Source of the DNA: Zygnema circumcarinatum SAG 698-1b
Taxonomy: Eukaryota > Plantae > Zygnematophyceae
Reading direction: 5' to 3'
Length of the DNA stretch: 64,000 nucleotides
NCBI GenBank assembly: GCA_037447605.1
Contig: CM074816.1
Location: 1,262,283 to 1,326,282 of the forward strand
The notes under the pieces were generated by a model. The model saw only the letters and a program-made list of their open reading frames with translations. It ran no database searches and had not been told where the DNA came from. A program made the translations under genes and the position numbers. Every line of letters starts with the position of its first letter. Within the stretch, counting starts at the first letter, position 1. Shown piece after piece: positions 21,698 through 34,900 of this stretch.

Positions 21698-22759
21698 NNN
21701 NNNNNNNTCCCCAACTTTGCACGATAGCACTTCTGCAGCCCTCCCTCCTCCGTGGACTCCTCTTGAGCCCGCCCGTTCCTCTGCATTAGTTTGCCCTTCT
21801 TCCGTCCGTTCAACGCTCGCAGTTGCAGCGAACGGTGAACCCCTCTCCATGTGTTGCCCTCCCCTTTCCCTTTCCCTTTCTTCGCAGACTTTGGCGGAAT
21901 GGCTCGAAAGCGACCGCGCTGCGCTCCTGCAAATGCGCAAGTGGGGCTCATACCACACGGGCCCAACTGCCACCAAGTTTTAGGGCTTTTAGCTGCCCTA
22001 AAAGTTAGGGTTTTGGGTTTTGGGTTACCGCATTGAGTCCTTATGAATTAAAGTCATGAATGCGGGAAACGAAAAATTCAAAGTTGAATATCATTTTTTG
22101 ATTGAATTCAGGAACACACTCCACTTGCGGTGATTTTGCGTAAAATTCTTCGCAATTTTGGCAAAAAAATATTCAGTGAACGAAGAGGACGGTGTCGATA
22201 CAATTATTGTTTTCAGTAACTGATTGGGTATATGTACTTTATTTCTATTTTTATTTTATTTCTGGCAGATTTGTTCCTCTCTACTTGTACGGCTTCAGTT
22301 CGGTGACATTACTGCAGCAGCAACTTATGGAGGTCGGCTGCCGAATTTTGCTTTTCTTTTTTACTTTTTGGCCTTTCCTTTGTTTGTCGAAATTGGAATA
22401 TAAAAATTTACGTTTTCTACAATTGTTTAATTAATAAATAACGTTTACCAAAATGTGGGAGTTTTGTGTTCGTAATTTTTTTTCGGTAATTTTAGCAGTT
22501 TTGGAGGTTTTGAAGTATTTTGTAAGTTCAGCGAATTTTGTAACGTTTTGGTGTTTAAGAGCTTTACTATAACTAAATTTATTCACGAAGATCGATCGAG
22601 TCCCTTCGATTAAATCTAACTCCCCTTTCTTTCTTGCAGGCAAAATCGTTGTCCGAATGGGAGAGTTCCGTCACTAACGGAGACTATGACCACATGGAAC
22701 TGTTCCCAGTAACGGCGCTCCGTTATGCGCGATTGAAAGGAGGAGAGATGCTCGGTTAG
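18030..22759 (+). CDS. dusB: tRNA-dihydrouridine synthase, DusB/NifR3 type, with N-terminal transit-peptide-like extension
   Basis: Exons 18030-18550, 18980-19061, 19521-19645 (GC donor), 20103-20238, 20432-20515, 20844-20966, 21554-21636, [one exon apparently lost at gap 21698-21707], 21888-21940, 22269-22332, 22640-22759. Motifs: VLAPMAGIT, VSEM, SVQLYG, IDLNFGCP (catalytic Cys), GGGAA, PVTVKMR, HARTA, GNGD, IGRGCLGR, MRK. Start codon is tentative. Confidence 0.92.
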
Positions 22760-22763
22760 GAAG

Positions 22764-23162
22764 TGGATATATCCACGTCAGCATGGAGTTGATCTTTCCA
22801 TGTCAGCATGGAGTTGATCTTTCCATGTCAGCATGGAGTTGATCTTTCCATGTCAGCATGGAGTGGGTCTATTCACATCAGCGTGGAGTGGGTCTACAGT
22901 ATCGACATCAGCATGGAGTGGATCTATCCACGTCAGCATGGAGTTGATCTTTTCGTGTCATTATGGAGTGGGTCTATCCACGTCAGCATGGAGTGGATCC
23001 ATCCACGTCAGCATGAAGTGGATCCATCCACGTCAGCATGGAGTGGATTTTTTATGTCATTATGGAGTGAGTCTATCCACGTCAGCATAGAGTGGACTAT
23101 CCACGTCAGCAGGAGTGGATTTATCCACGTCCGCATGGAGTGGATCCATCCATGTCAGCATG
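22764..23162. repeat. 25-bp minisatellite, ~16 copies (consensus CCACGTCAGCATGGAGTGGATCTAT)
   Basis: Directly visible tandem array beginning a few bases after the DUS stop codon. Confidence 0.9.
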
Positions 23163-23458
23163 GTTTTCATGCCATCGGCATCCGTTCAATCTCGACAAAA
23201 AGAGTTTTTACTTTACAATTATTTTTTCAATTGTTACAAAAAGGGAGATATGAAGATTGTCTTTCCAACGATCAATATCTATTAATCTCCGCGTCCTATA
23301 TTCCAAACTTATGCCTTTCTTTATTTTCTCTAAAATAAAAAATCAGGAGCATGCCTCTCCAGTCTTATGTATGTATATATCACATTTTTGAAGAGCTTGG
23401 CTTTATATGCATACAGCGAAATTTTGGGTCCCACCTTTCCTTTGTTTCCTTCATTAAT

Positions 23459-23724
23459 TTACACCTTTTCGCCAGCATTGCAAAAGTGGCCCTTAGGGGT
23501 CTCCGAGGGAGGGAGGGCCGTTCCATGGTCTCCGTTGCAGTTACCGTCGGAGTCTTGAACGGCGGACGGAACTGAAGAGCGCATGGAACACCTCCGCCGC
23601 TTCAAGCAGTAGGCGCAGCATAGGGTAGCTATGACGCCTACGATGAAGAGCGTCAGGGCTATGCCCACAATTCCCGCAATCGGAAATTCGCATGCATTGA
23701 AGCATAAGGCATCCACGAATATGT
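23459..23724 (-). CDS. Terminal exon of a single-pass membrane protein (TM helix + Cys/basic stop-transfer); upstream exons not identified
   Basis: CAG acceptor at 23725-23727 followed by an open frame: ..IAGIVGIALTLFIVGVIATLCCAYCLKRRR..KV stop. Confidence 0.55.
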
Positions 23725-23841
23725 CTGCATTTAGGCAAAAAATCAAAATAAGAAAAACTAGTAAAGGAGATGTGAAGCAGCGAATCTACAGTTTAAAATG
23801 ATAGGAATATCGTCTGCAGATTCAACTAGCAAAAATTTTAT

Positions 23842-26800
23842 TTCATTTGTGGGCCTTAAAAAAATTGGCCTAAAAGAAAGGGAGAAAAAAAACGGAGGAG
23901 AGAGACGTACTTTCGGAGTCGTACCGGGCGCTAAAGTGCGAGCATCTCTCTCCATATTTTTGTTTGCAGGCCTGCCCAGAATTCACGGTCAGACAACTGA
24001 TTTTTTTCCAGAAAAGAAAAATTAACCGCAGGTCCTAAGCGAGCCGTCCGATTCGGAGTGGAAACAACTACAAAAAAAAAGGGAATTACTATTTACACAC
24101 CTATTTTGTCTAGATACACGTATTTTTTAAAGAAAACCCCCAATGCCATAAAAACCTTCAAATAAAAACTGACCGGCGAAAAAAGGTGTGTATCTAGACA
24201 AAAAGGGTGTGTAAATAGCACTTTCCAAAAAAATCATGTATTTTTTCCGCCAAAATGAAAATATCGGGAAACGTGGAACAGCGCTGAACCAAACTGTAAC
24301 TGAGCATAAACTGAATCTGGACGGAGGCGCCATGGAGCGACCTTTAATGCCGCACTGCACATTGAGGAAGTCGAGACTCCCGCCTCGTCCACGCGACACG
24401 TGTCACGCGTAATAGAAGCCATGGCTGCCAATCGAGCGAGCACAGCGAGGGAGAGAGAGAAAGAGAGAGAGAGAAAGAGAGAGAGAGAAAAAGAAAGAGA
24501 GAAAAGAAAGAGAGAGTGCGGCTGTCTGTCCCTCTCCCACTCTCCCTGCCTTTCTTTTGTCCTCTCCCGCTCTCTTTCCCCCTCCTCACTCCCTACTTAT
24601 CCATCCTTTCCCAATCTCCCTCCTTCACCTCCCTCCCTACTCTTTCCCTGCCCCTCTCTCGCTCGCTCTGCCGCTGCCTTTGCCTATTTCTCTCTCCTCA
24701 CTCTCTGCCTCTATCTCTCCTCTCTCGCTCGCTGCCTCTTTCTTTCTCCCCCTTCACTCCCTGCCTCTGCCTTTCTCTCCCTCCTCTCTCCTCCCTCTCC
24801 CCCTCTCTTCCTCCCTCTGCCTCCCTCCCTCCCCCTCCAATTCCCGCCCCATCGAAAAACTCGAACCCGCGCGGCGGTTCGCTTGCGCGGCTCCGCTTGT
24901 CGTCCAAGCCACGCCGAGGGCTGCCGGCCGGCAGGTCTGCGCCGGTCATCGGCACTCCGCCTCGCCGGCCGGCAGGCGGCCTCGCCGGCCGCGGGGGCTT
25001 GATGTGACCCCGCCGAAAAGTTTTAGAAAAAAATTTCGTCCACTCGAAATGTTTTCTTCATATTACAAATATTTTCATACTGTTTAAAATTTCCTCAAAA
25101 GTTGCAAAACTAGAAGGCCTCGGTGCCAGGAATTAGCATGAAAATCTATTTTCGGGCAGAAAACGTTTTCGACAAAATGAAACGTAAGGAAATTTCTCGA
25201 CGGCTTTTGCCGTTGACTTGCTTTTGTCGCCATCTGAACAGACATTTGTCAGTTCCAAGTCAGCGTCACCGACCTTGTTCTTACAAATTCGTACGCTGCC
25301 GACAAATTCCAAGAGCCGCTCTCCGCCCGCCACGTGGCCAGTTCTTGACAAAACATGTACCGATAATCTCCCCAGCATTTGCAAATCATGCGCGGGCCAC
25401 AGGCTCGACACAGGTCCGGGCGACCACAACGCACATCCGTACAGGCTCGGCGCAGGTGTGGAGGGAGCCGCCTGCCGGACCTATACCGAGCGAGGGACCA
25501 CCGGGCACCACCCGCGGCCTGCCACTTGTGTCCGTACGCCTGCCAGGGCTGTACGTCCGAGTTGACCCCCGCGCCCGCAAAGGACCAAACTTTTGGAAAG
25601 CGCGTTGACCGTACGGCCCGCCCGCCTGGCCGTACCCGTCACCACGCAGTTCTGTGCGGGAACACGCTTCCAGTTACAGTGTCACGTGGCAACGGCTCAT
25701 CTTTGCAGGTCAAAACTGGTCAGGGACCAACAGGTTGTTTCCAGCCTTCAAGGTCTGCGAGGCGGCGGATCGAACCCGCGCGCTCGCCAGGCCGAATCGA
25801 ACGGCTCGGCCGCCAGGCCGCTACGGANNNNNNNNNNTTCATTTGTGGGCCTTAAAAAAATTGGCCTAAAAGAAAGGGAGAAAAAAAACGGAGGAGAGAG
25901 ACGTACTTTCGGAGTCGTACCGGGCGCTAAAGTGCGAGCATCTCTCTCCATATTTTTGTTTGCAGGCCTGCCCAGAATTCACGGTCAGACAACTGATTTT
26001 TTTCCAGAAAAGAAAAATTAACCGCAGGTCCTAAGCGAGCCGTCCGATTCGGAGTGGAAACAACTACAAAAAAAAAGGGAATTACTATTTACACACCTAT
26101 TTTGTCTAGATACACGTATTTTTTAAAGAAAACCCCCAATGCCATAAAAACCTTCAAATAAAAACTGACCGGCGAAAAAAGGTGTGTATCTAGACAAAAA
26201 GGGTGTGTAAATAGCACTTTCCAAAAAAATCATGTATTTTTTCCGCCAAAATGAAAATATCGGGAAACGTGGAACAGCGCTGAACCAAACTGTAACTGAG
26301 CATAAACTGAATCTGGACGGAGGCGCCATGGAGCGACCTTTAATGCCGCACTGCACATTGAGGAAGTCGAGACTCCCGCCTCGTCCACGCGACACGTGTC
26401 ACGCGTAATAGAAGCCATGGCTGCCAATCGAGCGAGCACAGCGAGGGAGAGAGAGAAAGAGAGAGAGAGAAAGAGAGAGAGAGAAAAAGAAAGAGAGAAG
26501 AAAGAGAGAGTGCGGCTGTCTGTCCCTCTCCCACTCTCCCTGCCTTTCTTTTGTCCTCTCCCGCTCTCTTTCCCCCTCCTCACTCCCTACTTATCCATCC
26601 TTTCCCAATCTCCCTCCTTCACCTCCCTCCCTACTCTTTCCCTGCCCCTCTCTCGCTCGCTCTGCCGCTGCCTTTGCCTATTTCTCTCTCCTCACTCTCT
26701 GCCTCTATCTCTCCTCTCTCGCTCGCTGCCTCTTTCTTTCTCCCCCTTCACTCCCTGCCTCTGCCTTTCTCTCCCTCCTCTCTCCTCCCTCTCCCCCTCT

Positions 26801-27821
26801 CTTCCTCCCTCTGCCTCCCTCCCTCCCCCTCCAATTCCCGCCCCATCGAAAAACTCGAACCCGCGCGGCGGTTCGCTTGCGCGGCTCCGCTTGTCGTCCA
26901 AGCCACGCCGAGGGCTGCCGGCCGGCAGGTCTGCGCCGGTCATCGGCACTCCGCCTCGCCGGCCGGCAGGCGGCCTCGCCGGCCGCGGGGGCTTGATGTG
27001 ACCCCGCCGAAAAGTTTTAGAAAAAAATTTCGTCCACTCGAAATGTTTTCTTCATATTACAAATATTTTCATACTGTTTAAAATTTCCTCAAAAGTTGCA
27101 AAACTAGAAGGCCTCGGTGCCAGGAATTAGCATGAAAATCTATTTTCGGGCAGAAAACGTTTTCGACAAAATGAAACGTAAGGAAATTTCTCGACGGCTT
27201 TTGCCGTTGACTTGCTTTTGTCGCCATCTGAACAGACATTTGTCAGTTCCAAGTCAGCGTCACCGACCTTGTTCTTACAAATTCGTACGCTGCCGACAAA
27301 TTCCAAGAGCCGCTCTCCGCCCGCCACGTGGCCAGTTCTTGACAAAACATGTACCGATAATCTCCCCAGCATTTGCAAATCATGCGCGGGCCACAGGCTC
27401 GACACAGGTCCGGGCGACCACAACGCACATCCGTACAGGCTCGGCGCAGGTGTGGAGGGAGCCGCCTGCCGGACCTATACCGAGCGAGGGACCACCGGGC
27501 ACCACCCGCGGCCTGCCACTTGTGTCCGTACGCCTGCCAGGGCTGTACGTCCGAGTTGACCCCCGCGCCCGCAAAGGACCAAACTTTTGGAAAGCGCGTT
27601 GACCGTACGGCCCGCCCGCCTGGCCGTACCCGTCACCACGCAGTTCTGTGCGGGAACACGCTTCCAGTTACAGTGTCACGTGGCAACGGCTCATCTTTGC
27701 AGGTCAAAACTGGTCAGGGACCAACAGGTTGTTTCCAGCCTTCAAGGTCTGCGAGGCGGCGGATCGAACCCGCGCGCTCGCCAGGCCGAATCGAACGGCT
27801 CGGCCGCCAGGCCGCTACGGA
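23842..27821. repeat. Near-identical 2-kb tandem duplication straddling an N gap (probable assembly artefact)
   Basis: 23842-25827 equals 25838-27821, and the only difference noticed is in a GA microsatellite (offset 1996 changing to 1994). Copy 1 ends and copy 2 starts exactly at gap 25828-25837. Confidence 0.85.
24089..24218. repeat. Small 31-bp inverted repeat (~130-bp MITE-like hairpin); duplicated at 26085-26214
   Basis: CTATTTACACACCTATTTTGTCTAGATACAC pairs with GTGTATCTAGACAAAAAGGGTGTGTAAATAG (2 mismatches). No clean TSD. Confidence 0.55.
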
Positions 27822-28916
27822 TTTGAAGTCCGCACCCGAGACCACTCGGGCTCAGTCGAGCATTCATTCAAGCCTAAGATAATTTACTTGACAGTGCAGC
27901 GCTTCAATTTACTTACCCTAACAGTGCAGCGCTCAGAGGCGGCGGATTCCATGACTGAGTGCCTGTATAGCCTCCTCGAGAGGCCTGCCAACAGGGGCGT
28001 GGCCACGGTGGATATAGTGTGCCTAGGCATGGAGACCGAGGGCAAAGGCACCAGGCCTCTGTGGCATGTGGGGCACCCGTGAGGGCAAGCCGATGACAGT
28101 GATGACGAAGGCCACACACCCCGCCAAGGCTGCAAGGCAGTCGTGGCATGGCTACTTGTTCCCACAGGCTTGGTGAAGATTTGTCAAAATTAATCAGTAT
28201 TAGGTAGAGCTTGATAGGATAACATCACTTCTATTGTTTCGATTGAAGTAGGCCGTACTTGTTCAAAATCATTACAAAGGGTTTGTAGCATAACAAATCA
28301 AACAAACAGAAACACAGACACAAAAACAAACACAAGCAGGGTGAAAAAGGTAAATCAGACAAACACAAAAAACAAGAAAAAAAAAGCAGGCACACCATGG
28401 TACAAAGTGGCGCACATCAACGTGCTTCCATGTAACTTCCATTGGCCCGTACTCGCTTTCCTATGAACAGGGAAAACACACTCGTCAAATACCATTTCGT
28501 CCTCGAAGCTTTGCAACACAAATGGGCCCTAGCAGAAACTCTACCCCTACACCCCATCCCTCTTCTTCCCCCCTCTCTCTCTCTCTCTCAACCTCCCACT
28601 TTCTCAGTCTATGTCCAGGTGCGATGGATCTGGCTACAGCTGTACAGAAGTTCAAGCCAATGACACCCCAGCAACTCTGAAATCCATAAAGCCCTAGAAA
28701 CTCCTAATATGAGTGGAAACTCCTACCGCGTGGTACAAGAAATGGAAGTGTATGTTGACGTCGAGAGCATCTCGAACAAAACTAGTCAAAATCAGAGGCT
28801 TCAATACCTGCAGAGCGAAGGGCATGGATGACATGTCTACACTCTCTTCTTCTCCTTCCCCGTTCCACTCGCCCTCTTCCTCTTCCACCCCCACTCCCTC
28901 TCGCTTGCCTTCGGCT

Positions 28917-31900
28917 CTATACAGCCTGCTCAACAGTATCGGGAGCCGATGCTTTCCCAGCAGCCACTCTCCCCATCCACTCTCCTCTCCCTCTCTGAGA
29001 GCCGCTCCCTCCTCTCCCCCCTCCCTTCCACCCGCTTGCACCTCCCGGCCGCCCCAAATAACCATTACCATTTCTATGTCTGTCAACAATCTGCACTCGT
29101 CGGGTAACTCCTGAACCCTGTTGAGCAAAGTCTGAGTTCACACGCTGCTGTGAAAAGGGAATAGAAGAAGAAAAGGGAGGGAGCTGCGGCTGCGGTAGAA
29201 GGGGCTGTCGGTCACTCTCTCCCGCCTGCAAGTCAGGCTGAGCAGAGGGATGAGACTGTACATTCCTCTGTGGAATTGGCCTTATGCTTGTATTTGCGGA
29301 TTTAGTCAGCCTCACATGCTGTAAATTCTTATCGGGGCCTCCCATCCCCCCTCCTCCTCCTCCTCCTCCTCCTCCTCCTCCTCCTCCTCCTCCTCCTCCT
29401 CCTGCTGCTGCTGCGGTTGCTGCTGCATGTGTGTTCATGCACTTATCCCCAAACTTACACAATCCCTTCTGGAAAAAGACGCATAGAGGAGGCCTCTCTG
29501 CCAAGCCTCCATTCCCTACACCACGGGAATGCATGTGGGAGGTAGGGAGGTGAGCTCCCTGCTGTCGGTTATCTCCATGGAAGGAGGAGCCTCCCTGCCA
29601 CCCTCCTCTACCCCTGTTCACACTAGGATTCCCCTCCTCCCCAGAGCGCCTTTTTCCCGAGCGTTTCACTCCCTCTCGATTGCTCTCTCCCAGCTTCTCC
29701 AACTTGTTGCCTTTCATTTCTGGAGATTCACTAATGCTATTGCTCTGAATACCGTCCTCTTCTCCAATACGAGCTTCCGATCCCTCCTCCCGGGAACTTC
29801 TCACCCCTAAACCTGCATCCAAGTTGCTAACAATTATGTCTGCTTGCTCTTCACCCTCTCCACGACTGCCTTCATTAATAAGCGGCTCCTTCTTCGCCCC
29901 AATCTCTGCACCTGGACTTGAAACAGGTCCAAGTTCAAGTCCCCTCATTGGTGCCCCTAACGCCTGTTCTGAAGGTCCATCTCTGTCCTTCCCTATATCC
30001 ACCACTTCAGAAGAGGCTGTAGGAGCAGAAAAACTTTCCATAAGGGGAGAATGAACCTCCACTCCCTCCCTCAAAGGTGGACCAGGCTGCATTTGCTCTT
30101 CATAACTCTGCTGAGCTCGGAGCTGCTCTGAACTGGACAAATTTCTAAGCTCAGGGGTTTCCAGAATTGGAGCACTTGGACCTGGGGTTGGCCCATTCTG
30201 TACCGGAAAATAGCCACCTGGAGATCGATAGAATTGGGCAATTCCGGGTTGGTAGGGGACCCCATAGCTCACCATTTCCTGATACTGTGCATGGTAAGGC
30301 TGATATGGGTTGGGAGGAGGTGGCATCATATATGCAGGCTGAGGGTACCCTACATAGTAGGAAGGCTGAGAATGGAAAGCATAGGTGAAATGGGACCCAT
30401 CTTGGGCCATGCCTGGGAGGAATTGGGCTCCATTGGGATGGCCATACATTGAGGGATCTTCAAAGTGGTGCTGAACACTTCCTGGCCACGTGGCAGCATT
30501 TGGTTGGAACTCTCCTCCATTTCCTTCCCCTCCCCTCTCCTGCAAGTGTGTGTTTCCAGAAGTTCCTTCTCCCACTCTCTCTGCTGGGCCATTCAGCTCA
30601 TGCTCAGCTTGATGTACGGCTCCGGATGATATTGGTAATGTATGTGGGGTGGGAGAGGCCTGATAAATGGCTTCCCTTGAGAGCATCTCTGCTACTTCAC
30701 TCTCCGAAAAAACGCCTTTTTCATGAATCTCAGGTCGTCTCTGAGGCTCAGCCAATTGCACTTGTGGGGATAAGGAAGAGCCATTCTTAGTCGAGAAGCT
30801 CACAGAGGGAGGCTGACTGCCTGGAAGGAGAAAGGAAAGTCGAGCTGCTATTGATGAATTGTGAGATGAGGGAGAGGCGGTAGTATAGGCTTGCGGTTGC
30901 GCTTGAAACGATGAAGTATTCGCTTTACTTATTTGAGATCCATTTTGAGTCTGTTCGACTCCTAGTTGTAGGGTAGCAGAAGAGGATTGATTCTTCCGGG
31001 AATCGGGTTCAGAATTGGAAGGAAAAAATATGGGTAGGTTTGCAAACTGTTGCTGGACTTCAATTTTCTGCAAAGCTTGGACTCCATTTGCATCAGAGAA
31101 AGTGGAAGCAGATTCTAAAGGAGAAGTTGGAGAGTTTCTTGGGGCTTTAAAGACAAGGGAATTCCCCGGCCCATTTTTCTGCCAAAACAAAGGAAAATCC
31201 CACTGCGCCAGTCAATTTTTGTGGAATTCGCTATTCATCCACCTTTTCACCGCATTAAAATTTCTCTCCTTTCCCCTTGTCTTTCCCTCTTGCATGCCAT
31301 TAACTCCAAATATGCAGCTATCAAATAACAATAGCAACAGTCTCCGAGTTTGAAAAATAGGATGCCTAAATATCTTGCTTTGGTGAAGTTATATGCATGA
31401 GAGCGCTCAGACAATCAGAAAATGAAGGGCAATTCCAACAATGAAATAGTTTAAGATTTCAAAGTTCACATTTTGAATAAACAATAAAGGGTCCGATATG
31501 CATATTTATCCAAGATGGTGGATTTGAAAAATGCACACCTGTGTCCCAGGTAAAATTGTCGCCAAATCCCAACTCTGAGACCCAAGTCCTGTTGAGGGAG
31601 GTTGCTGCTCCGCCTGCATTTGTAAACATGAAGCAATTTTCAGAAAAGGAGAGAGAGAGAAAACGTTCATGCGTGTATATGTGATTGTCAACACGCAAGA
31701 GATTCGGCTTCAAGTTGAACGGAAACCCAACAAAGAAAAAGAAAAAAATTCACACCTGGGAATAGAGCTCTCGTTCAAGATCCTCTGCCAGCATCCATTC
31801 CCCAGGCTTTCCCCCTTTCACTCCATGAAGCACTCCTTCTTGGCCTTCATTGCTCTTTTGTCTCTCATCCAGAGGGGGATTAATCCTACCCTTTACTCCT

Positions 31901-34900
31901 CCCTCAGATCCGCTCTGCAGCAATAGCCCCGCTCCTACACTGAATCTCTTCTCCTCATCATGGCCCAGCACACTTTCATTAGCCTTACTCTCCTGAGCAG
32001 AGGAAGCACCTCTGTAGTGCTCCTGCATTCCAGCTAAAGGCTTCTGAATAGCATCCTTCCCCTGCCTCACATCCTTCATCCGAGATTCTATCCCTCCATT
32101 AATCTGCTCCCGTTTCCCTGACTCAACCTCTCCTCGTTTTGTGAAGTTGCTTAACCGATTGGAAATGGAGCCTGCATTGAACTCAGTCTCAGTCTGTGCT
32201 CGCTTTTGCGAGATATCTGCACTAACATTTGTTGCATGATTAGAGGAGACATCCCTACTAGCAGCACCCTGCAGATTAGGCAGTCCTACTCTCGCTCCAA
32301 TTGAAGTAGCCGACTGATTTGTTGTCATTCTATCTCCAACCAGACTTCCAGCTTCACTACTTGACCTGCTGACCGACCCGCTCCCTATAAGGCCGTTAGT
32401 TGGGAGGCTCTCATTCTGCCCTTGACCCCTCTCATTTCCAGCTCCCTTCTCCTTTTCCCTCATCTTCTCCTTCTCCTTCTTCTTAACCGCCGGTCCTCTC
32501 GCCTTGCTTGCAGTCTTCTCCATCAGTTTCTCCTCTGCTTTTCTCCGTCTCTCCTCCTCTGCTACCAGCAGCTCCTCCTTCCTCTTTCTCTGCTCCACCA
32601 CCTGCTGCTGTCTCTGTTCGTCCAAAATTCGTCCTGCTTTGAGATTTTGCATTTCCATTCGCCACTGCTGGTCTGCCGACAGTGAATTTGAAGCTAAAGA
32701 ATGGGAGCCATTAACATTTTTGGAACCATAAATCTTCATTCCTTCACTCCCACTTGCCAAGCTACCTGCAGCTTTCATTTCAGAAGGTGGATTTACTCCT
32801 GTCTCTGTTGTCCTCCCATTAACGACTGTTCGAGTTCTGGGCTTCTTATGCAAGCTATTCGGAAGTTGAGATGTAAAAACATTACCAGAAACTCTACCTT
32901 GGTTAGAGATAATCGGTCCCTGAGAGAGCACTCCCTCTTGAATCCCTCCCTTCTCATGCTGCAATGCACCACTTGCATCCACAACTACTGCTGGACAATT
33001 CCCTCCTTCCTTGATCCCGTTCACATTTGACAAAGGTTTTGGGATTGCCTGAGGAAATTTTGAAGCAAGCGGACCTGCCAAAGAAGCAGATCCGCCGTCT
33101 GGAGGTAATCTACGCTCTGTTGAGGACTTCCTTTCCTGAACACCCAACAATGTCTCCTCCACTATAAGTCGCATATACTCTCAGATGATGCATTTAAATG
33201 GGAGATATCTTCCACCAAAGTTTGAAAAGCATGCCCACAAAGAAGACCTGACATCACCGAAAACGGGGATATCCTCACTTCAGTTGTGCCTACGCTTATT
33301 GAAACTGTTCCAATGAGCAAAAAAATCACAACGAGGTGAGCTAAAACAGCAGCAAAGTGAGGAACTGATGAATAATCTGACATACCATCGTGTCGTTTGA
33401 AAACTTTGTAGTCGAAGCATCCCACCCCGCTTGCTTTTCCTCCTCTGCTTGAAGCTTCATGGCTAATTCTTCATCCAGAAGTTCTTGTCTCCTCCTCTCC
33501 ACTTGACCTCCCTCTGCTTGAACTGTTCCCTGCTGATAAAGCCCATTACGAGGAACTCCATTCCGAGAAACTCCCATCATTTCATTCGGCAGAAATGAGG
33601 CCTGCTCTTCTGGCCTCTTAAAGCTCCTGGCATCCACTTTCATGCGAAATTCAGGCCCTGTATGTCTCTCAAAGTGTGGGCCTCCCGCACTTCGAGGAGC
33701 GGAAGAAGCAGAATGTCCTCCTATTGTTCTCTCTCCTGTCCTTTGAGGCCCAATAGTTCGGACCCTCACATGCCCCTCCTCCCTCGAGAGCGCTGCGAAG
33801 GGATTGGTGGATGCTGCACACATTATAAATTATGCCGTAAATGAATGATTCCAGAACGCATATGACTTGCTACACATAGACTTAGAAGAAAGAGCGCCAT
33901 AAATTCCTAAGCAGCAGCTCGAAGTGAAAACAAAATAGAATTGCTAAAGCCAATCCTCGATTTTCACAAAAAAGGCGAAAAACATCAGTCTACAGCTGTC
34001 TACCGTAAGATCCCAAATCACTACTTATCTCACAAGCTAAGCTTTAGATAGTCACCTGTGGAAATGTCCGCTCGTCCATGAGCTGCAGCACCCGCCTCTA
34101 CCCGCCTATCCCCCTTCTCCTTAACACGCTGACCCTTTCTATCTCGCTGCCTATCTTTCTTCTCTTTAGCCTTACTCGCTGCCTCTGCAGCTTTTCCTGC
34201 TTGATCATTCACTGATGCCGATCTATTTTCAGATCTCATAGGCACTTCCTGGCTCTGAGAAAGTGGTGAATAAAGCTTATCAGCTACTGCAGTAGCCCCT
34301 GCAACATCACTCTCATTGACTGCCCCTCTTTCATCAACTTCGGAGATCCCAATACTGGCAGGAGTCCTCTCATTCTCCCTTGAACCCTCGCAGGTTTCAG
34401 GTAATCTCGTTCTCGAAGCTTCCTGTCCTTCAGCAATAACACTTTGTCCACTTTCTGGTTTGCTTTCAGTATCTCTCGCACCTTCAACTTTGGACACATC
34501 TCCATCTTGAACTCCCAATTTTGCAGATAGATTTTCACAATCATCAGTTGACACATGTTTTCCGTTCTGCTTTGATTCAGCCCCATTAACACTCCCTCCA
34601 AATACTTGCTTCTCCTTATTCCGTGCTTTTTCCTGCTTCTTTCTCCTCCTCTCAGCCTCTTGAGCAGCATGCTTTGCTTGAGTCTCCTTTTTCGCGAACT
34701 CCTCTTCATCTCGCCGCTTCCTTGAATCCGCTTCTTCATCTTCTCTTCTCTTTGCATTCACTTCCATCCTCTGTGTCTCATCCTCCTTCATCCTCTCCCT
34801 CCGTCGATACATCCACGAGTCATCGTCATCTTCACTGTCAGAGCCTGTTTCCAAAATGTCTTCGCTGCCTCTGCTGCTTCCAAATTCAAACGGTGCAGTT

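Noticed and set aside
24127-27882. Numerous GC-rich or CT-rich ORFs in the 2-kb duplicated unit
   Set aside because: No family resemblance, and they appear twice only because of the probable assembly duplication.
27884-28165. Possible coding or retroelement fragment on the minus strand
   Set aside because: Frames are interrupted by stops, and no diagnostic RT, RNase H or integrase motif was seen.
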